Source: Patescibacteria group bacterium (GTDB taxonomy: Bacteria > Patescibacteriota > Patescibacteriia > Magasanikbacterales > UBA922). From it: a stretch of 64,000 nucleotides of DNA. Of this stretch, positions 57,812 through 64,000 are shown piece by piece. The translations under genes and the position numbers were made by a program. The notes under the pieces were generated by a model. That model did not search any database and was not told the origin of the DNA. It saw nothing but the letters and a program-made list of their open reading frames with translations. The DNA is taken from assembly GCA_028687045.1 (NCBI GenBank), contig JAQUAW010000001.1, positions 2,034-66,033 on the forward strand, written 5' to 3'. How positions within the stretch are numbered: position 1 is the stretch's first letter; every line of letters begins with the position of its first letter.

Positions 57812-59680
57812 GTGATTGCCAAAATCATTCCACTTACAAGACTACCTAGGGCTTTTTCTTTTTTTGATTATACCATACCTGAAAATTTGGAAAAATCACT
57901 AAAAACAGGTCAATTGGTAGAAATACCTTTCCGCTCCAAAAGTATCTTTGGTATTGTTTATGATATTGAAAAAAATGATAATGAAAAATTAAAAGAACTA
58001 AAAAGTATTGTAAACGAAATAGCTATTTTTAGTAAAAAACAATTGGAGATGTACTTACTTTTGTCTGAAATTTATCTAATATCTCCTTCGGTATTACTAA
58101 AAATGAGTTTGTTGCCACTACAAAAAAGAAAATTACAAAAGATAGCACTGCAAACTTTTACAGAAAAAGCTAAAAAAGAAAATACCCAAAGTTATCATTT
58201 TTATAATTCAAAAGAAGAACATAAAAAAATATATAAAAATATAGAAAATAATAGTTTGCTAATAGTACCAGAAGTTAGACAAATTGAAGAAATAAAAAAA
58301 ATTCTCCCAAAAAAATTACAAGACAAAATAGTCGTCTGGTATTCTGAACTTAGTACCAAACAAAAATTTGAAAATTGGCTACAAATAAAAAATGGTGAAA
58401 AAACAATTATCATAGGTACACGCAATGCTCTATTTTTACCATTCAATAATTTGGACAAAATTATTATTGACTTTGAACATGATGAAAATTTAAAAAGTTG
58501 GGATAGTACACCTAAATTCCAAACCAAAGACATTGTAAAATTTTTACAAAAATTATATTCTTGCGATATTAGCTTTGCTAGTTTTTCACCTAGTTTTGAA
58601 AAGTATTACGAAATAAACAAAGGACAAATTGAATACTCCCAAAAATTGACTAAAGATAAATTACTATTCAAAAATACAAAATCAAATTTACCAACAGTCA
58701 TAAATATTTCAAACAAAAATTTTAGTCAAAATAAAAGTGTTTTTTCACTAGATTTGGAAGAGAGAATAAGAACAGCTACCAAAGATGTCTTCATTTATAT
58801 AAATAGAAAAGGTTTTGCCACAACCACACAATGTCTAAATTGTGGTTATATAGCTCGTGATCCTCAGACAAATCTACCTCTTATTTACGACCAAAGCAAA
58901 AATATTCTCTATTCACCTTACAGCAAATTTAGTCAAAAGTTCTCCCCTACCTGTCCCGAATGCAAAAGTGAATTGATAAAAAACTATGGCTACGGCACAG
59001 AGTTAGTAGAACAAGAAGTAAAAAAAATAATGAACACAGAAAGTTCTCATGATATTATTAAGCTAGACAAAGATAGTAATCAATTAGAAACAACATCTAA
59101 TCAAGCTCGTATTATCATTGGTACAAATGCAGCTATCAAAGCTATCAACTGGGAACAGACTGACTTGATCATTTTTCTCGATATTGATAGACAATTAGCG
59201 ATACCTGAATATTTATCCCAAGAAAACATCTGGCACAATATTCAAGAAATAAATTATTATCGAAATGAACAAAGCAAATTTTATATTCAAACTAATAATC
59301 CAGAACATACTATTTTCAAATCACTAGGCGAAAAAGACAGAATATATAGGACAGAACTAAACACTCGACAAAAACTAGGTTTATTTCCTTACCAATATGT
59401 AGTAAAATATTACTGTGGAACTGATAGTGAAAACAAAAGCAAGAACCTATCAGAACAAACTGCCAAAAATGTTATGACAGCATTGACAAAACTAGCCAAA
59501 AATGCTACAATACTCGGCCCTTACGAAATGCAACCAAAATATTTTCGTAAGCAATATTGGTATGGTTTCGCTCTAAAAATTGCTGATAAAAACTCATTAT
59601 CAGTAATCAGGCAAATCAATCAATATATTCCTGGCAACTTCAAAATAGATCCTAATCCTATTTCGTTGCTTTCTCCTTAA
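57812..59680 (+). CDS. priA: Primosomal protein N' (PriA)-like protein with a Zn-ribbon and an atypical, apparently degenerate Walker A region
   Basis: N-terminal KIIPLTRLPRAFSFFDYTIPENL…GQLVEIPFRSKSIFGIVYDI is PriA-like. The CxxC…CxxC Zn ribbon is present. No GxGKT is recognisable. Confidence 0.55.
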   Translation: MIAKIIPLTRLPRAFSFFDYTIPENLEKSLKTGQLVEIPFRSKSIFGIVYDIEKNDNEKLKELKSIVNEIAIFSKKQLEMYLLLSEIYLISPSVLLKMSLLPLQKRKLQKIALQTFTEKAKKENTQSYHFYNSKEEHKKIYKNIENNSLLIVPEVRQIEEIKKILPKKLQDKIVVWYSELSTKQKFENWLQIKNGEKTIIIGTRNALFLPFNNLDKIIIDFEHDENLKSWDSTPKFQTKDIVKFLQKLYSCDISFASFSPSFEKYYEINKGQIEYSQKLTKDKLLFKNTKSNLPTVINISNKNFSQNKSVFSLDLEERIRTATKDVFIYINRKGFATTTQCLNCGYIARDPQTNLPLIYDQSKNILYSPYSKFSQKFSPTCPECKSELIKNYGYGTELVEQEVKKIMNTESSHDIIKLDKDSNQLETTSNQARIIIGTNAAIKAINWEQTDLIIFLDIDRQLAIPEYLSQENIWHNIQEINYYRNEQSKFYIQTNNPEHTIFKSLGEKDRIYRTELNTRQKLGLFPYQYVVKYYCGTDSENKSKNLSEQTAKNVMTALTKLAKNATILGPYEMQPKYFRKQYWYGFALKIADKNSLSVIRQINQYIPGNFKIDPNPISLLSP

Positions 59681-59754
59681 ACTAGTAAACACAACAGATT
59701 CGGCCTAATAAACCGATAAACTAATAAACTCAATATTTCATGAAGCAACATGCA

Positions 59755-59786
59755 CAGGATCTACAGATCTCTCGCTACGCTTCGAG
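59755..59786 (-). repeat. Y-type repeat upstream of the def start
   Basis: CAGGATCTACAGATCTCTCGCTACGCTTCGAG. Confidence 0.55.
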
Positions 59787-59804
59787 ATTTATTATAGAAT
59801 TCCT

Positions 59805-60302
59805 ATGACACTAGACATTATCACAATCCCTAATGAGAATCTTAGAAAAAAATCTGTAGAAGTAGATCTTGATTTTGTGCGTGATGAAAATAGTCAAAAA
59901 CTTTTTGACGACATGATAAAAACTATGTATGAAGATGATGGTATTGGCTTGGCAGCACCTCAGATTGGCAAAAATATTCGTGTCTGTGTAATAGGCAGAG
60001 AAGCTCTCAAGATGGACAAACACAATACTCTACCAGTAGAAGATCTAGTACTTATAAATCCAACTTGGCAAAAAATAAACAAAAAAACTCATGTGGAATT
60101 AGAAGGTTGCCTTTCTGTACCAAAAACTTATGGCAAAGTAAAACGCTACAAAAATGTTTATGTAGAAGCACTAAATCGTAAAGGAGAACATATCGAGTTT
60201 GAAGCCAACAACTTTTTTGCTAAGGCTGTCCAACATGAAGTAGATCATCTTAATGGCGTTTTGTTTATTGACAAAGCGACTGGGATTTACGAGATAGAGT
60301 AA
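59805..60302 (+). CDS. def: Peptide deformylase
   Basis: GIGLAAPQIG, EGCLSVP and HEVDHLNG motifs. Confidence 0.9.
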   Translation: MTLDIITIPNENLRKKSVEVDLDFVRDENSQKLFDDMIKTMYEDDGIGLAAPQIGKNIRVCVIGREALKMDKHNTLPVEDLVLINPTWQKINKKTHVELEGCLSVPKTYGKVKRYKNVYVEALNRKGEHIEFEANNFFAKAVQHEVDHLNGVLFIDKATGIYEIE

Positions 60303-60438
60303 TTAAATATACTAATATACAAATTATACGAATGATACTAATAATACAAATACTCAATTAAACAATTATTTAGTAGAAAAAAATTAGTAATATTTGTATC
60401 ATTTGTAACATTAGTATATTGGTATAATATTCATTAGT

Positions 60439-61362
60439 ATGCAAAAAATAAAAATCATTTTCTTTGGAACACACGAATTTGCCAAAACAATTTTACAAGG
60501 ACTTATTGATAGTTCTCTTTTTGAAATAGAAAAAGTCATTACCCAACCAGACAAACCAGTTGGACGTAAACAAATTTTGCAAAAATCCCCTGTTAAAATT
60601 CTAGCCGAAGAATTTGGATTAGAAATTGATCAACCAGAAAGCTTAAAAAACTACGAACTATTGGTTAATGACTCTGAACTATTCATCGTCGCTCAATATG
60701 GTCTACTCATTCCTGAAAACATTTTGAATATTCCAAAATTTGGAACAATAAATACTCACACTTCCCTACTACCAAAATATCGTGGAGCTTCACCTATTCA
60801 ATCAGCAATTTTCAATGGTGAAAAAGAAACAGGTGTCACCATCATGCTAATGGACAGAGGTATGGACTCTGGGCCTATTTTGAGCCAAAAAACAGTACCA
60901 ATACTAGCAGATGAAACTTATATAGATTTAGATGAAAAAATGGCGCAAATCGCCTCACAATTGCTTCTAGATACAATACCAAAGTATATTGACGATGAAA
61001 TAAAGCCACAAACTCAAAATGAAGCTGAAATAACATTTTGTAAAAAATTAGACAGAGATGATGGTAAAATTGATTGGAAAAAATCTACATCAGAAATTTA
61101 CAATCAATATCGTGCTTTCACACCATGGCCAGGTGTCTGGACTACTTGGAATGACAAACGTCTAAAACTTTTGAAAATGTATCCCAGTGATAAAAAAATA
61201 GAAACTGGTAAAGTATCTATAGAAAATGGTAAAATATATATTGGCACTATCGACAGTTCTTTAGAAATACTGGAATTACAATTAGAAGGAAAACCTTCTA
61301 TGATGGTCTCAGTGTTTATAAATGGTTATGGTAAAAATTTTGATAACACTCTCCTAAAATAA
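60439..61362 (+). CDS. fmt: Methionyl-tRNA formyltransferase
   Basis: N-terminal formyltransferase motifs (INTHTSLLPKYRGASPIQ) and a C-terminal OB-like domain. Confidence 0.9.
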   Translation: MQKIKIIFFGTHEFAKTILQGLIDSSLFEIEKVITQPDKPVGRKQILQKSPVKILAEEFGLEIDQPESLKNYELLVNDSELFIVAQYGLLIPENILNIPKFGTINTHTSLLPKYRGASPIQSAIFNGEKETGVTIMLMDRGMDSGPILSQKTVPILADETYIDLDEKMAQIASQLLLDTIPKYIDDEIKPQTQNEAEITFCKKLDRDDGKIDWKKSTSEIYNQYRAFTPWPGVWTTWNDKRLKLLKMYPSDKKIETGKVSIENGKIYIGTIDSSLEILELQLEGKPSMMVSVFINGYGKNFDNTLLK

Positions 61363-61370
61363 CCAATTTT

Positions 61371-61413
61371 GTCATCCTGAACCGACGAAGTACGGTGAAG
61401 GATCTTTCCTAAA
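61371..61413 (+). repeat. X-type repeat between fmt and the GIY-YIG gene
   Basis: GTCATCCTGAACCGACGAAGTACGGTGAAGGATCTTTCCTAAA. Confidence 0.7.
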
Positions 61414-61437
61414 ATAATTTTAATTAATAAATAATTT

Positions 61438-61728
61438 ATGGGAGGAAATAATTATTATGTTTATATAATGACAAGTATAAGTGGCGTTTTATATATTGGG
61501 GTTACAAATGATTTAAGACGTCGAGTGATTGAACATAAAAATGAATTAATAGATGGTTTTACAAAAAAATATAAATGTCATAAGTTAGTGTACTACGAAT
61601 ATTTTACTGATATAAATTATGCCATTCGACGTGAAAAAGAATTAAAAGGTTGGAAAAGAATCAAAAAAATAGAATTAATTAAAAAAGATAATTATAATTT
61701 AATTGATTTATTTCCGAAAATTAATTAG
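61438..61728 (+). CDS. Small stand-alone GIY-YIG nuclease (YhbQ/UPF0213-like)
   Basis: YYVYIMTS…VLYIGVTNDLRRRVIEH…; 96 aa. Confidence 0.8.
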   Translation: MGGNNYYVYIMTSISGVLYIGVTNDLRRRVIEHKNELIDGFTKKYKCHKLVYYEYFTDINYAIRREKELKGWKRIKKIELIKKDNYNLIDLFPKIN

Positions 61729-61749
61729 TTGGAAGTGTATAAATTTAAA

Positions 61750-61784
61750 AAAGATTCTTCGTCCTCTACGGGACTCAGAATGAC
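61750..61784 (-). repeat. Diverged X-type repeat in inverted orientation, downstream of the GIY-YIG gene
   Basis: AAAGATTCTTCGTCCTCTACGGGACTCAGAATGAC. Confidence 0.5.
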
Positions 61785-61807
61785 AGTTAGAAAGATTAGT
61801 TTAATCC

Positions 61808-63253
61808 GTGTTCCAATCTAAACATTTCAATGTGAAAAATTTTAATAAAGAAATGACACCTAAAAAGTTAGAATATTTACTTCTAACATTTTTTTTGATT
61901 CTACGTCTAGCTTCTTTTTGGACTTACCAAAATCTTGTTTGGAATTCTAGTTTAGCAACTATTTTGATAATCAGCTTCACTTATTTGACTCTAAAAAATC
62001 TACCACTAGCCTGGACAATTCTCGTAACAGAACTTTTCTTAGATGGAGCTGGCGGTTTTTTTCAACTAGGTGGACTAATACTCCGTACTTGGTTTCTTGG
62101 TATTTTTGCTCTTGCCTGGCTAGGGTCAAAAATAAAAAATAGAAAACTAAATCTGAGTCTTCCAAAACCAATACTAATCACTCTCCTACTTTCTATTTTT
62201 ACAATCTTACTAGCTATAATCTTGGGATTGAAAAATGGACATGGAACTATACTTGTTTTACAAGATGCAATTCTATATTTCTTTGTTTTCTTATTATTTC
62301 CAACTTTGGAATTTACCAACTTCCCAAAAAAATATTTTATAAGTCTCAGCAAGATATTTATCATATTATCAGGAGTATTTTCTCTTTTAACTTTTTTTAT
62401 TTATTCTAGTGCTTTAGGTTTTTTACAAAACCCTTATTACCACTGGTTTCGTGACATTGCTGGTGGCAAAATTACAGATCTAGGAAATCACTTTTTTCGA
62501 GTAGTATTGTCCAATCAAATTATCATAGTTCCTCTTGTTTTAATCTTTATTTCTTATTTGATTAAACAATCTACAAATAAAAAATGGTGGTTTTTGACAT
62601 CATTATCTTTGTTGATTCTAATCATGAATTTTTCACGTATTTATTTTCTAGCCCTTGCTTTCGGCATGCTGATTTTGGCATACAAAAATAACTTCAAAAA
62701 ATGGTTTCTAACTTCCCTTACGATTACAACTTTATTTATCACAATCTTTATTTCTTTGAACCTTGTTTCTAGCCGTTTCAATTCTATTGGTTTAGAACTT
62801 ATTGGTTTAAAAATATCTTCTATACAAAAACCAAGTGATGATATTAGTGGAGCCATTCGACTCGCAATGTTACCAGATATAAAAGAAAAAATATCTACAC
62901 ATCCCTATTTTGGCTCTGGTCTAGCTACCCAAGTAAGCTATGAAGATCCTGCTACAAAAGAAATAGTTACTCGCACTCAGTTTGATTGGGGTTATTTTGA
63001 AATGTTGGCTGAACTAGGCTTTGTAGGTACCTTCATATTCTTACTTTTTATTATCATGGTACTTTATTATTTAGCAAAATTAGTTTATAAACAAAAAAGC
63101 CCACTTCATTTAGGACTTTTTGCCGGAGCTATTTCACTATTTGTTATCAATATTACAACTCCTGCTCTATTTCAAGGTTTTGGAATACTCTACTTTGTAT
63201 TTATTATGAAAATTATTTCTGAAAATCATCAAGATGATGTTTCTCTACAATAA
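61808..63253 (+). CDS. O-antigen ligase/polymerase-like polytopic membrane protein (Wzy_C-like). The start may be the downstream ATG (MTPKK…).
   Basis: 481 aa, about 12 TM helices, with a large periplasmic loop near the C-terminal third. Confidence 0.5.
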   Translation: MFQSKHFNVKNFNKEMTPKKLEYLLLTFFLILRLASFWTYQNLVWNSSLATILIISFTYLTLKNLPLAWTILVTELFLDGAGGFFQLGGLILRTWFLGIFALAWLGSKIKNRKLNLSLPKPILITLLLSIFTILLAIILGLKNGHGTILVLQDAILYFFVFLLFPTLEFTNFPKKYFISLSKIFIILSGVFSLLTFFIYSSALGFLQNPYYHWFRDIAGGKITDLGNHFFRVVLSNQIIIVPLVLIFISYLIKQSTNKKWWFLTSLSLLILIMNFSRIYFLALAFGMLILAYKNNFKKWFLTSLTITTLFITIFISLNLVSSRFNSIGLELIGLKISSIQKPSDDISGAIRLAMLPDIKEKISTHPYFGSGLATQVSYEDPATKEIVTRTQFDWGYFEMLAELGFVGTFIFLLFIIMVLYYLAKLVYKQKSPLHLGLFAGAISLFVINITTPALFQGFGILYFVFIMKIISENHQDDVSLQ

Positions 63254-63962
63254 TTTTTTTAGCTTTTTCATAATTACTAACTTTCTCACTCCACCATGGC
63301 AAATTTTTACATGGTTTTTTGTAAGCAAATTTCGGCAACCAACCACTTATTATTCCTGTAGAAATGATGGTAAACAAATATTCATCAATCCACTCTCCTT
63401 TTTTACCAAGTTCTAACATAGTTAACCACAAATCCCAATCTTGAAAACGTTTTAATTTTTCATCAAACAAAGGAAAATCCTCCCGACGAATAAGTGAACT
63501 AGTATGTATATAATTATTTTTTTGTAATTCTATTGGTGAAAATTTCTTAGCCAACATTTTTTTCTTACCCAAATTGAAACTAGAATAAACAAAACTAAGA
63601 TCTTGCTTTTTATCCAATTTTTTTGCCATTTTTTCCAGCATATCGCTTTCCGCTTCAATATCTGCATCCCAAAATATAACATACTCCCCTTTTGATAAGT
63701 CAAATCCTTTATTTCTGGCAGCTGGAGCACCTTTGTTTTCTTGACGGTAATAAATAATGTTTACGTTTGTATTTTTTTTCACATTCCTCATTCCTCGTTC
63801 CACATTCCCCTCGACACTGCCATCATCCACCACAATAATTTCTTTATTCTCATAATTTTGTTGTGTAGCCGAAAGCAAAGACTTCTCGAAAATCTCGACA
63901 CGATTGTAAACTGGGATAATAATACTAATCAATTTTGGCATATATTTTTTTATTTTTGACAA
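63213..63962 (-). CDS. Family-2 glycosyltransferase
   Basis: IISIIIPVYNR…VVDDGS (DxD motif). Confidence 0.75.
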   Translation of the reverse strand: MSKIKKYMPKLISIIIPVYNRVEIFEKSLLSATQQNYENKEIIVVDDGSVEGNVERGMRNVKKNTNVNIIYYRQENKGAPAARNKGFDLSKGEYVIFWDADIEAESDMLEKMAKKLDKKQDLSFVYSSFNLGKKKMLAKKFSPIELQKNNYIHTSSLIRREDFPLFDEKLKRFQDWDLWLTMLELGKKGEWIDEYLFTIISTGIISGWLPKFAYKKPCKNLPWWSEKVSNYEKAKKIIVEKHHLDDFQK

Positions 63963-64000
63963 TAAAAGGAAATACTAAATAAAGTACAGAAAAAAACAAA

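Overview
This is a gene-dense 64 kb window at roughly 30% GC. Most genes are on the minus strand and the content is largely housekeeping, with intergenic gaps often under 100 bp. I infer a reduced-genome, Gram-positive-type or Patescibacteria/CPR-like bacterium; this rests on gene content plus the gltX, serS, lysS, proS and metG genes, the tandem FemAB-family pair, short genes and weak Shine-Dalgarno signals, not on any search.

Features I can support from the sequence:
- Five aminoacyl-tRNA synthetase genes: gltX, serS, lysS, proS and metG.
- A mrdA-mreD-mreC-mreB rod-shape cluster, greA, ftsQ, a UvrD/RecB-type helicase-nuclease, priA-like, def-fmt, tatD, rsmI and cvpA.
- Cell-wall tailoring genes: two FemAB paralogs, a DegT aminotransferase, a MurF-like ligase, an amidase_2, an M23 peptidase, a GT2 glycosyltransferase and an O-antigen-ligase-like protein.
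- Four Nudix genes, one of them frameshifted and one fused to RdgB/Ham1.
- A complete F1Fo ATP synthase operon.

The most striking feature is a six-gene module homologous to complex I and group-4 hydrogenase (NuoB, NuoCD, NuoH, NuoL, NuoN and a small membrane subunit) lying directly downstream of atpC on the same strand. Its NuoB-like and NuoD-like subunits have lost the cysteines that bind the Fe-S cluster and the Ni-Fe site. I read this as an Ehr-like, redox-cofactor-less energy-converting module genetically coupled to the ATP synthase.

Other unusual content:
- A family of GC-rich 30-45 bp hairpin repeats scattered through intergenic regions, mostly as inverted pairs. One pair brackets a small GIY-YIG nuclease gene.
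- Three GC-rich islands that stand out against the AT-rich background. One holds two 413-bp direct repeats, each carrying an operator-like palindrome and a terminator. One is a roughly 150-nt strongly structured candidate ncRNA. One encodes a small Gly-zipper protein.
- An ABC exporter, an AAA+ ATPase and a 48-aa Cys-rich micro-ORF in a row on the minus strand.
- Phased TCCGCGT repeats, GAGATAA/TTATCTC repeat clusters and TTCGTA arrays flanking tatD.

I found no rRNA, tRNA or CRISPR array by eye.
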